A stretch of DNA of 64,000 nt from an uncultured Dysgonomonas sp. (GCF_900079725.1 NZ_LT599032.1:1170871-1234870), one strand, 5' to 3'. Positions 10,237-18,806 are shown, counted from the first letter of the stretch. Notes: generated by a model from the letters alone, not told the origin. Translations and numbers: made by a program.

Positions 10237-10818
10237 TTATTCATATCGGTAGTGCCCTGTTATTTTAAAACCAAAGAGACAATCTTCCAGTACCTGTCCT
10301 CTCCCTATATTGTGAACGATCAGGGGACGCTTACCATCCGAAGACATGCGGTCGGTAACGATTCCAATATGCGTGATGCTTCCCCCCAGATCCCACGTAA
10401 CTATATCTCCCGGCGAATAATCACTCCCTTTGTCCGATACCTTCAGTACAGTTCCAAAACGTGAAAAGTACATAGCCTGATTAGGAACCCGGCGGTGGTC
10501 AATATTCTTATCCGTACCCTTCAGCCCCCATTTTTTAGGATATTTGCTGAAGTTAGCTTTCATATCCACATGTATTTTTTGCTGCAAATCTATACCCAAT
10601 TTCCGGTATGCCCTTACAATCACATCCGTACACACACCTTTATCGGATGGCACATCCCCATTAGGATACGGGATAGAATAATAACGGGGATCGTAAGTGA
10701 CTTTATCTTTTGTCAACTCTATAGCTGCCGCCGACAAACGCTTGTAAAAATCTGCCTCCTGCGCATAAATACATAGATTAAGGAAAGAGAGCAAAAGTAA
10801 TATCTGTAGTCTTCTCAT
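10237..10818 (-). CDS. DUF1287 (YijF-like) protein
   Basis: YDPRYYSIPYPNGDVP..GVCTDVIVRAYR, DKNIDHRRVPN, HIGIV, VHNIG. Confidence 0.88.
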   Translation of the reverse strand: MRRLQILLLLSFLNLCIYAQEADFYKRLSAAAIELTKDKVTYDPRYYSIPYPNGDVPSDKGVCTDVIVRAYRKLGIDLQQKIHVDMKANFSKYPKKWGLKGTDKNIDHRRVPNQAMYFSRFGTVLKVSDKGSDYSPGDIVTWDLGGSITHIGIVTDRMSSDGKRPLIVHNIGRGQVLEDCLFGFKITGHYRYE

Positions 10819-10833
10819 ACATGTGTAGTTTAA

Positions 10834-11826
10834 CTATAAATCACCTTCCTCACTATACACATCCATCTCCTCCAGATTACCTACAAAAGCAGAAACAACA
10901 TTATGCCATTCCTTCTCATACTTCAACAGATAACTCTCATGAGGCGAATCAGGGAATATCTTCAACTCTTTACGTTTGGAAGCAAGTCGGCCGAATATCC
11001 TTTCGGTTTCCTCTTCGGGAATGTTAGGATCTTTTCCTCCGCACATAAGCAATGCCGGAACATGAATCTTATCCGCATAATCCTGAGGATTGGCCTTAGA
11101 TGCATCGAACCCGTTAATCTTGCCAAACCAGAAAGTAAACATTCCGCTCACAGGAAAATGCGGCATGCGCAGTTTATCCAACCGGGCATTTACTGTCTCC
11201 TGAAATGTGGCATATGGCGCTTCTATAACAATGGCTTTTACCAACAGGTTATAATCGGCCTGTGCTTTCATTATGGCTACCGCTCCCATCGAAAAACCTA
11301 TCAGTATAATATTATCTTCCTGCAACTGGCTCACGGCATAGTTATGTGCATATTTTACATTCTCAGCTTCCATATAACCCAACGTAGTCTGGTTTCCATA
11401 AGAATCTCCTGCCCCCATAAAATTCACAAGCATAACATCATATCCCATATCCAGAAATACTTCCGCCCTATCTAGCATCGACGATTTTTCATCGATATAT
11501 CCATGAAATGCAATTACCAGGCCACGCTTCAGCCTATGTGTATGTAGTAACCATGCATCCAGCTGCCTACCCTCACCTGCCGGTATACGGAGCGAATCAT
11601 ATGGTTGTGAAGGAAATGATTTGGTGCGGGGTCTTGGTAAGTCTAATCCGGTTATCGCAATCTTAACCGACTCCAAAAATGTCGGCTTATAGTCCAGTGT
11701 TAACGGTCTGGCATTCTCATCGAAATGAGATAAACTATATGCCTGAGCAATTATGGCAACATTTAATAATATAAATATTGCAATTAATACTCCAAGCCCT
11801 ATTTTCAGATGCTTTTTATATTTCAT
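10834..11826 (-). CDS. Membrane-anchored alpha/beta hydrolase
   Basis: FHG, GFSMG nucleophile elbow, D and H of the triad (GGKDP, SPH). Confidence 0.88.
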   Translation of the reverse strand: MKYKKHLKIGLGVLIAIFILLNVAIIAQAYSLSHFDENARPLTLDYKPTFLESVKIAITGLDLPRPRTKSFPSQPYDSLRIPAGEGRQLDAWLLHTHRLKRGLVIAFHGYIDEKSSMLDRAEVFLDMGYDVMLVNFMGAGDSYGNQTTLGYMEAENVKYAHNYAVSQLQEDNIILIGFSMGAVAIMKAQADYNLLVKAIVIEAPYATFQETVNARLDKLRMPHFPVSGMFTFWFGKINGFDASKANPQDYADKIHVPALLMCGGKDPNIPEEETERIFGRLASKRKELKIFPDSPHESYLLKYEKEWHNVVSAFVGNLEEMDVYSEEGDL

Positions 11827-11856
11827 TATCAGGGTAATCCATAAATAGACTCAACC

Positions 11857-12627
11857 TTATTTGGTGTAGAACACAGGCGCAAAGTAAGGCCTGTTCACCC
11901 ATTTCCCGTTAAATGGATTCAGTTCGCGTATTACTCCGCCTTCTATTCCGAAGTTTTTGGTTATTTTCACTTCTATAGTGCCTCCATAATAAGTTTGCGG
12001 ATACATATTCATCAATGGCCCGGCCACTCCGTTACGATCTCCACTAACAGAATATTGTCCATAACCGTTCAGACGAATACGGTCATGCAAAATGAATTTT
12101 ACAGCACCGTTAACACCCACATCATTATAAGTAGCACCAAACAAATTATACTTTGCTCCGTATGGTCCGGCCGAAACAACCAGCCAGTCGAGAGGTTGAT
12201 AATTAAAATTCATCCCGACATTTCTTGTTGCCCCTACCAGAGGATATGTATTATAAGATGATGATGAAGACAACCACATCTGATCAGAAAGGATTTGCCC
12301 TCCATAAAAGCTAAAATCATTAGCGAACGGGAAACTTGTAAAGGTATTGCTTTCGAGTGGAGGTCCCAGATAAACATCTAACGGGGGCAAACTTACGTCC
12401 GGCAGCTGGTACATTTCATCCTCATTTATCAGAGGATGATAAAGAGAGGCTTTTGATTTAGCCTGATTAGTTGCATTCTGATTGTTGAGCTGCAAATAAT
12501 TATCAAGCTTTTCATTCAGGTTCAACGACTCTTTTTTCAAAGGAGGAAAACTATCCTTGGGCACCTCTGTCTGACTATACACAGTAGCAGAAATTGCCAG
12601 TAGTAATATAAAAACCAGTTTTTTCAT
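11857..12627 (-). CDS. Hypothetical outer-membrane/secreted protein
   Basis: Signal peptide; C-terminal amphipathic beta strands ending PVFYTK. Confidence 0.7.
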   Translation of the reverse strand: MKKLVFILLLAISATVYSQTEVPKDSFPPLKKESLNLNEKLDNYLQLNNQNATNQAKSKASLYHPLINEDEMYQLPDVSLPPLDVYLGPPLESNTFTSFPFANDFSFYGGQILSDQMWLSSSSSYNTYPLVGATRNVGMNFNYQPLDWLVVSAGPYGAKYNLFGATYNDVGVNGAVKFILHDRIRLNGYGQYSVSGDRNGVAGPLMNMYPQTYYGGTIEVKITKNFGIEGGVIRELNPFNGKWVNRPYFAPVFYTK

Positions 12628-12734
12628 AACCTTCCGTATTTAATTACTTTAACCGTAAAGTTAATAATTTATTGTTGTTAAAAAAAGCCTATTTGTTATT
12701 AAGTATATGTTTTTTCTTATTTTCCTAAAAGTGA

Positions 12735-12869
12735 AAAAGGTAACAAAGGTAACACAGAAAACAATTAATAATTAAGAATGAAAAATTAATAATTAGCTTG
12801 TCATGCTGAGCCGTGCGAAGCATCTCGCCAGAGAACAGTCATCGGTTAATAACTCGTCTACTCGTATCT
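12735..12869 (+). repeat. Left arm of dispersed GGTAACAAAGGTAACA cassette (copy D)
   Basis: AAAAGGTAACAAAGGTAACAC at 12735-12755, heptamer tract, half REP TGTCATGCTGAG...GAAGCATCTC, and AACAGTCATCGGTTAATAACTCGTCTACTCGTATCTAATATAACTT homologous to copies A and C. Confidence 0.75.
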
Positions 12870-12890
12870 AATATAACTTACAGCTTCCCT

Positions 12891-13601
12891 TCAATCCGTT
12901 CTTGATGTATATCCCGGCGGCAGAAACGGATAGGAATTCAGCTTGGGCTTCTCTACCGGAGGGGCAGATAGTTGAGCGACAAGTGGCTGTTCCATAACTT
13001 GCCCTTGCTCCATCTTCTCTTGCCCATTTGCCACTTTTCGTTCTTCACTTTTCGCTTTGCTTTCCTCTTCCAGTTTCCTATCTACAGCAGTAACTACCTC
13101 CGGATTGAGCGAACCGCCCGAACGGAAGCCATTCTCCTGTAATATCATCAGCTCACGTTTGGTTTCCTCATCCTGTACTTCGATGACCAGCGGACGGCGC
13201 TCCGATGCTAGTAAGCGGTCTTTGTCTTTTTTCCTTTCCTCCCGGTCGAGGACATACTTTATAGCACGGATGCTTGGCGGACAGAATTTCTTTTCCACTA
13301 CACGGCATTTCTCCACATCGTTTACCGGATCATTCTTATCAGGGACATAGGTGATCTTCTCTTTTTTCTGCACATAGCCCTCTAACAGTTGCTTCAGCCC
13401 TATCCGTGCCGAGGCTATCATTACATCTTCGCGGTGGTCGATAGCTTCTTCCACTGCTTCACCGAAATCAGGCTTTGTCTTTTTCCATTCGTAAAATGTC
13501 TTCCGGCTGATTTTAAATGATTTGCAGATTTCAGATATGCTGCACAAGTCCTGCTCTATCATCCGGATAATTTCTGAGGCTGTTTTTTCTTTATACTTCA
13601 T
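12891..13601 (-). CDS. Orphan HTH protein resembling phage terminase small subunits
   Basis: N-terminal HTH (SISEICKSFKISRKTFYEWKK.KPDF.EAVEEA), then LKQLLEGY...EKKFCPPSIRAIKYVL; low-complexity tail; family assignment by recall, not search. Confidence 0.6.
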   Translation of the reverse strand: MKYKEKTASEIIRMIEQDLCSISEICKSFKISRKTFYEWKKTKPDFGEAVEEAIDHREDVMIASARIGLKQLLEGYVQKKEKITYVPDKNDPVNDVEKCRVVEKKFCPPSIRAIKYVLDREERKKDKDRLLASERRPLVIEVQDEETKRELMILQENGFRSGGSLNPEVVTAVDRKLEEESKAKSEERKVANGQEKMEQGQVMEQPLVAQLSAPPVEKPKLNSYPFLPPGYTSRTD

Positions 13602-13884
13602 AAGGCTTAAATTTTTCGGCTCCTAATCCCCCGAAAGAAACTATGGCAAGCCGTATTTGTTAATAAATAAAGCCATTAACTAATAGCTCTTTTACTATAG
13701 ATAAATAAATTTAAACTTGATTATACCTTAGCAATAAATATATAAATATATTTATATATAACTATGATTTTTATTATTTTACAAATACATTAATAAACCT
13801 TATCTTTGTACTGTAAAAAAACATTTTAGAATTCAAGATGTTTATATTCAAAAGATTTACACAATAAATAGAAAGGATCATTTT

Positions 13885-14607
13885 ATGAAAACAACATTAT
13901 ACCGTGCATCTTCGAGAGGACATGCTTATCATGGATGGCTGGACACCTACCATACATTCAGTTTTGCTAATTATTACAATCCTGACCGTATCAATTTCGG
14001 AGCGCTTCGTGTAGTAAACGATGACATAGTAAAAGGAGGTGAAGGCTTCGGCACTCATCCTCACGACAATATGGAAATCGTATCCATACCCCTATATGGT
14101 GATCTTGAGCACAAAGACAGCATGGGACATACCGAAGTGATACGTGCCGGAGAAGTACAGGTAATGAGTGCGGGAACAGGTATTACCCACAGCGAGTACA
14201 ATTCGAATGAGGATAAACCTGTCAATTTCTTTCAAATCTGGGTTTTTCCCGATAAGAGAAACGTAACACCACGCTACGACCAAAGGGCTTTTGACTATAT
14301 ACACAGCAAAAATCAGCTTGTACAGATAGTAGGGCCAAAGGATGACGCCGACAATACAGGTTTGTGGATACACCAGAATGCCTGGTTCAATATCGGTACA
14401 TTCGAAAAAGGAAAAGAGATAGAATATAAAATAAAAGGAAAAGGCAACGGTGTTTTCGCCATGGTAGTAGAAGGTGAGTTCACAGTAGAAGGACAGAAGC
14501 TGCACCACCGCGACGGCTTTGGCATACAAGATACCGATATGGTCAAAATAACGGCAGATTCTGATAATGCCCGCATCTTATTAATAGATGTGCCAATGGA
14601 ATTTTAA
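13885..14607 (+). CDS. Pirin family protein (YhhW-like)
   Basis: GWLDTYHTFSFANYY, FGTHPHDNMEI, HKDSMG, MSAGTGITHSE. Confidence 0.95.
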   Translation: MKTTLYRASSRGHAYHGWLDTYHTFSFANYYNPDRINFGALRVVNDDIVKGGEGFGTHPHDNMEIVSIPLYGDLEHKDSMGHTEVIRAGEVQVMSAGTGITHSEYNSNEDKPVNFFQIWVFPDKRNVTPRYDQRAFDYIHSKNQLVQIVGPKDDADNTGLWIHQNAWFNIGTFEKGKEIEYKIKGKGNGVFAMVVEGEFTVEGQKLHHRDGFGIQDTDMVKITADSDNARILLIDVPMEF

Positions 14608-14640
14608 CGGTAGGTAATGTGTAAGGAGCAAACATGTGAT

Positions 14641-14669
14641 AGCCCGGAGAAAAACTCCGGGCTTTTTTT
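14641..14669 (+). terminator. Intrinsic terminator between convergent genes
   Basis: AGCCCGGAG-aaaaa-CTCCGGGCT-TTTTT. Confidence 0.8.
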
Positions 14670-15492
14670 ATTTATTTTTATCCGAAGCTATAAAATCGTC
14701 ATTAAGCCTTTTCACCTTGCTCATCTTTATTTTGGCATCGTGACAGTATATAAGTGTATATCCTCCTTTTTCGGCATCTATAAGAAACCGTTCTTTCTCA
14801 GACAACGACGTTAGCGCACAAATATCATAAGCCGAAATCCATTCCAACGGCACATGAGCCGATGTAGGTATCAGGTCGCCGGGAAAAACATACATTCCGT
14901 CATCGCCATTGATGAATACAACCAACTGCCCTTCGCTATGTCCGTCGAAAAGCTGTAATTCAATCCCGTCGCACAGCAGCGTATCTTCATCTATTAAATG
15001 TAATTGCCCCGAATCGTACACAGGCAGGATATTATCTGCAAAAAGAGAATCCTTCTCCAAACGGTTAGATTTCAGAAAATTTGCCCACTGTTTACGGCTA
15101 AGCCAGTAACGGGCATTCGGAAAAGATGGAAGCAGCCGTCCTTTTTCATCTATACGGGTAGCACCTCCGCAATGATCGAAATGAAGATGCGTAAGCACCA
15201 CGTCAGTTATTTCACCGGCCGTATATCCTGATTCTTTTACAGACTCGTCCGCACACTTCAAATCATATGGACGGTAATAAGATACCTTGTCGAGATGCTT
15301 ATCTCCCATACCGGTGTCTATCAGTATCCGGCGATCCGCTGTAGTCGCCAATACACACCGCATAGCCAACGGACACAGGTTATCTGTATCGGCTGTATAT
15401 TTTCGCTGCCACGCACGCTTAGGTATGGCGCCGAACATGGCCCCACCGTCGGCCATAATATATCCTGCTTCTATAATCTTTATATCAAACAT
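14668..15492 (-). CDS. MBL-fold metallo-hydrolase (YtnP-like)
   Basis: DGGAMFG.IPK..W, THLHFDHCGG, GHSEG, GDL, CHD; start placed at ATG 15492 (MFDIK). Confidence 0.9.
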   Translation of the reverse strand: MFDIKIIEAGYIMADGGAMFGAIPKRAWQRKYTADTDNLCPLAMRCVLATTADRRILIDTGMGDKHLDKVSYYRPYDLKCADESVKESGYTAGEITDVVLTHLHFDHCGGATRIDEKGRLLPSFPNARYWLSRKQWANFLKSNRLEKDSLFADNILPVYDSGQLHLIDEDTLLCDGIELQLFDGHSEGQLVVFINGDDGMYVFPGDLIPTSAHVPLEWISAYDICALTSLSEKERFLIDAEKGGYTLIYCHDAKIKMSKVKRLNDDFIASDKNK

Positions 15493-15505
15493 ACCCCTAA
15501 AGATA

Positions 15506-15650
15506 TAAAAAAGAAAGAGACGGTTCTCACAACCACCTCTTCCAGACCTTAACACTAATATAAAACTAACATATACTATGATTAAAAAACAGGTAATAAA
15601 AAATCAACTAAACAATCTATCTAACACACTATGAAAAAAGTAAGAACCTG
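15506..15650 (-). ncRNA. Candidate small RNA or leader ending in an intrinsic terminator
   Basis: Minus strand is U-rich with two UUUUU..CAUAGU..GUUAG motifs, then AAGAGGUGGUU-GUGAG-AACCGUCUCUU plus U tract; no plausible ORF. Confidence 0.4.
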
Positions 15651-15756
15651 TTTTGTAGATAGAACACTGATTAATATATCTTTGTTCAATCTTATTGTTA
15701 TATATTTTATTTATTAAAGAATAAATACCATCTACACACATATTTAGGCTATTTAT

Positions 15757-15944
15757 TTAAGTTCCTGTTTATATTTTATTCGTTCTAATTTTCAGAGCTG
15801 TTTTTAGGATAATTTGTTCTTCCAGAAGCGATAATAGCGGGCTATTCGAGTTGAGTGAAAGGATAAATTAGACAAAAAGAGACTGAAAATGGACGAAAAA
15901 AGAACTATAACAAAATATTTTGGTAAAATTTAAACAGGTTCTAA
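15757..15944. mobile_element. Palindromic MITE-like element (about 190 bp)
   Basis: Ends TAAGTTCCTGTTTATATTTTA / TAAAATTTAAACAGGTTCTAA (17/21 inverted match); long imperfect hairpin centred on AATAGCGGGCTATT. Confidence 0.55.
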
Positions 15945-16047
15945 CATTCACCATATATTATTTACCTTTGTACAGAATTTATAAAATTGAAAATCTGCAA
16001 TAATATCAGTAATCAATTCATAACTTATAATTCATAATTACCATACA

Positions 16048-16593
16048 ATGCTTATAGCTAAAAAACTGAAAGAGGAAAACATAGGTGAATACCTTTTATA
16101 TATGTGGCAGGTAGAAGATATGATACGGGCCAACGGTTTCGATATCGACAAAATCGATGAACAGATTATATCCCGTTTCGATCAGCCGGATAATGTAAAA
16201 AAAGAAATAAGGGAATGGTACGGAAACCTTATCGGGATGATGCACAGGGAAGATGTCTCTCAGAACGGACATCTGATTATAAATAAAAATGTGATCTCAG
16301 AACTCACCGATCTACATCTCCGCCTGTTAAAGGCTCCGGATGAAAGTGATTATTCGGCAGCATATTACAAGACATTGCCATTCATTGTAGAATTGCGCTC
16401 CAAATCGCCAGACAAAAATATTCCGGAACTGGAAACATGTTTTGCAGCATTATACGGTTATTTGCTGATGAGATTGCAGAAGAAAGAAATTTCGGGTGAA
16501 ACACAGGCAGCTATATCGCAAATATCTTCATTTCTGCGTATCCTGTCACAGAAGTATAAGGCCGACAGAGATGGCAGCCTGAATATTCAGTAA
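16048..16593 (+). CDS. DUF4924-like Bacteroidetes conserved protein
   Basis: ENIGEYLLYMWQVEDMIRA...GHLIINKN...ETCFAALYG. Confidence 0.8.
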   Translation: MLIAKKLKEENIGEYLLYMWQVEDMIRANGFDIDKIDEQIISRFDQPDNVKKEIREWYGNLIGMMHREDVSQNGHLIINKNVISELTDLHLRLLKAPDESDYSAAYYKTLPFIVELRSKSPDKNIPELETCFAALYGYLLMRLQKKEISGETQAAISQISSFLRILSQKYKADRDGSLNIQ

Positions 16594-16594
16594 T

Positions 16595-16975
16595 CTAGTC
16601 CTTGTGCTTTTTTTCCCAAATACGACGGCGGATCAATGTATCGCCTATCAAAAGCAAGAGTACTACACACGCTATGGAGATAATTAACGGATCAAATTTC
16701 ATCTCGGGCATGGTAAATGTCAGATCAATTTCCACTGGTTTTAATTCCGGTATAGACACCACGCCGAATAGCCAGAAAATAAGAGCGGGAATACCGAGCA
16801 TCCCGATAATTCCTCCGGCAATAGCCAGAGTAGACTTCAAACTTCTCCGTTTAGTTTGCTTTGCAGCAGCTATATGGACATGCTTCATCAACCGGTTTTC
16901 GAAATCGGCTGATGGCTCGTCTAATTTCACTTCCTGAAATAAACTCCTGAGCTTGTCTTTTTCTTCTGCTTTCAT
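16595..16975 (-). CDS. Putative membrane anti-sigma factor
   Basis: Overlaps the ECF sigma stop by 4 bp; N-terminal EPSADFENRLM segment plus two TM helices. Confidence 0.7.
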   Translation of the reverse strand: MKAEEKDKLRSLFQEVKLDEPSADFENRLMKHVHIAAAKQTKRRSLKSTLAIAGGIIGMLGIPALIFWLFGVVSIPELKPVEIDLTFTMPEMKFDPLIISIACVVLLLLIGDTLIRRRIWEKKHKD

Positions 16976-17526
16976 AATTGTATGAGTTTATTTATTTCAA
17001 AGTTCATAAATTTTCTTATCCTGTGCAACTTTACTTTCACATTTGCGATACTGTTGTTCGTTATATCACTTATCTGCTGTATGCTCTGGTTGTTCAGATA
17101 AAACATCGAGATCAGCAAAGCATCGTCGGGAGGCAGCTTTTTGAGCACTATATCCAGATATTGCAATTTATCTTCAACACTTATTTCGTCAATTGTATCA
17201 GCTATTTCCGCATCGGGCATATTGGCAAAATTATCTTCTATGGCTGTAAATTCATGTTTCCGCTTGCGCAATTCCGATATCGTTGTATTATAAGCGATGC
17301 GGTATAGCCATGTAGCAAATTCAGACTCTTCACGAAATTTATCCAGAAACTGAAACGCCTTGATAAATACTTCCTGTGTAATATCTTCGGCGTCTACCTT
17401 GCGGGAAACGATTTTGCTGACAATGGTAAATACCATTCTCTGATAGCGGCGTACTATATGCACGAAAGCATCAGTATGACCATCTTTGATCCGGCGTACA
17501 TAATAAATGTCATCAAAATCTGCCAT
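16972..17526 (-). CDS. ECF RNA polymerase sigma-70 factor
   Basis: Region 2 (DAEDITQEVFIKAF..F.TWLYRIAYN), region 4 (SIQQISDIT..ANVKVKLHRIRK); start set at ATG 17526. Confidence 0.93.
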   Translation of the reverse strand: MADFDDIYYVRRIKDGHTDAFVHIVRRYQRMVFTIVSKIVSRKVDAEDITQEVFIKAFQFLDKFREESEFATWLYRIAYNTTISELRKRKHEFTAIEDNFANMPDAEIADTIDEISVEDKLQYLDIVLKKLPPDDALLISMFYLNNQSIQQISDITNNSIANVKVKLHRIRKFMNFEINKLIQL

Positions 17527-17533
17527 ACCCGTA

Positions 17534-17560
17534 TGACGCAACAAGATTGAATAGGTTACA
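17534..17560 (-). promoter_or_regulatory. ECF-type promoter TGTAACC-N15-CGTCA for the sigma operon
   Basis: Minus strand TGTAACC tattcaatcttgttg CGTCA, 7 nt before the ATG. Confidence 0.65.
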
Positions 17561-17640
17561 AATGTAAATGAAAAAATTTCAGAAAAACATTTTAAAGCTT
17601 ATAGCCACCATCTATCTATAACAATTATGACCTAATATAA

Positions 17641-18152
17641 TAGGGCAAACGCACGAAATAGAGGATTTTAGCCATTGGCCTCATTCACATTTATTAACTG
17701 CATATAGTTAAAACCTGACACATCTGACACTTTTGGGACTATTTCCGTACTGTCATTTTTACATCCATTAATCATATATAGTTAAAAGGTAACAAAGGTA
17801 ACAGTCTTTTTAGCCTTTGTGTCCTTTGTGATTTCCTTCGTGTACTTAGTGTTTAAAAACTCTTTACCACAAGAGGCGCAAAGATTTACACAAAGAACAC
17901 TATTTACAGTCAACAGTCAACAACTTGTATCTCGTACCTCGTCTACTCGTATCTCATATAACTTTCAACTTAGTACTTAAAACTCATTACTTGTTAAAAA
18001 GGTAACAAAGGTTACACTTTTTCTACTTATTCTTTTTACTCTCATTGTAAGTCCCCCCTGGGGCTATCAATACATCAAAGAACTATAAGCTAACAGCTAT
18101 CGATATAGATAAACTTTCTGCATAAAAACACATATTTCGTGCGTTTGCCCTG
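17641..18152. mobile_element. 512-bp non-autonomous ISAs1-like MITE carrying cassette copy A
   Basis: Perfect 19-bp TIR AGGGCAAACGCACGAAATA (17642-17660 / 18133-18151); flanking direct repeat CTAATATAA(T) at 17632 and 18153; no ORF inside. Confidence 0.8.
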
Positions 18153-18198
18153 CTAATATAATATTGAAATCCGGCAATAAATATTTTTTCATTTATTT

Positions 18199-18225
18199 TG
18201 TAACCTTTCTGTAACCCCTGCGTCA
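18199..18225 (+). promoter_or_regulatory. ECF-type promoter TGTAACC-N15-CGTCA for the divergent membrane-protein gene
   Basis: TGTAACC tttctgtaacccctg CGTCA; same spacing and upstream TTTTTTCATTTA context as the 17534-17560 copy. Confidence 0.65.
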
Positions 18226-18276
18226 AAATGGACAAACGAACAAAACAAGAATGTTTAACTTCTAAAATTAGAAATT

Positions 18277-18702
18277 ATGGAAATGATAGGAATTGTATGC
18301 GTTGTAGGCATAATCACTTATGGAGTCTACCGCTTATTCGAATTATTCGCACGCCGCAGGGAACGTATGGCAATGATAGAGAAACTTTCGTCGGGTATAG
18401 ATCCGCAGATATTAAACAATCCCCTGCATATACAGAAATACAGGGATATTATAGTCGGATCATGGGCTATCCGCATCGGATTGCTACTTGTAGGTGTGGG
18501 ATTGGGAGTAGTGACTGCTACCGTTGTTGACCTACTTGCTGTAGCGCCGGCTGACACCGACAGCAGAATGTATCACGAGTTCAGGAACACCATTTCGGTA
18601 CTTTATCCTGCATGTGCAGCTGTTTTTGGTGGAATAGGACTGGTTATAGCCTACTTTGTGGAACAAAAGAACGAGAAGAAATCGAAAAGAAATGAAGAAT
18701 AA
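18277..18702 (+). CDS. DUF6249-like membrane protein divergent from the ECF sigma
   Basis: TM-ARRRERMAMIEK...IGLLLVGVGLG...FGGIGLVIAYFVE. Confidence 0.75.
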   Translation: MEMIGIVCVVGIITYGVYRLFELFARRRERMAMIEKLSSGIDPQILNNPLHIQKYRDIIVGSWAIRIGLLLVGVGLGVVTATVVDLLAVAPADTDSRMYHEFRNTISVLYPACAAVFGGIGLVIAYFVEQKNEKKSKRNEE

Positions 18703-18806
18703 GCAGAAGATAGTATCTAGTGATATCATATTTTCAATCTAACTGCTTATTGTATTCATTCTAAACAAAGTAACAAATAGGTCCGCGACCTTAATATCTA
18801 TTGAAT

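Noticed and set aside
12891..13601. Prophage
   Set aside because: No large terminase, portal, capsid, integrase or att sites; neighbours are host genes
15493..15555. N-terminal extensions in the ORF track (also 17527-17544, 32470-32526, 60734-60760)
   Set aside because: They run through terminator, promoter or spacer sequence; downstream ATGs fit the family starts better
18228..18530. 100-aa alternative-frame ORF
   Set aside because: Overlaps the better-supported membrane-protein gene 18277-18702
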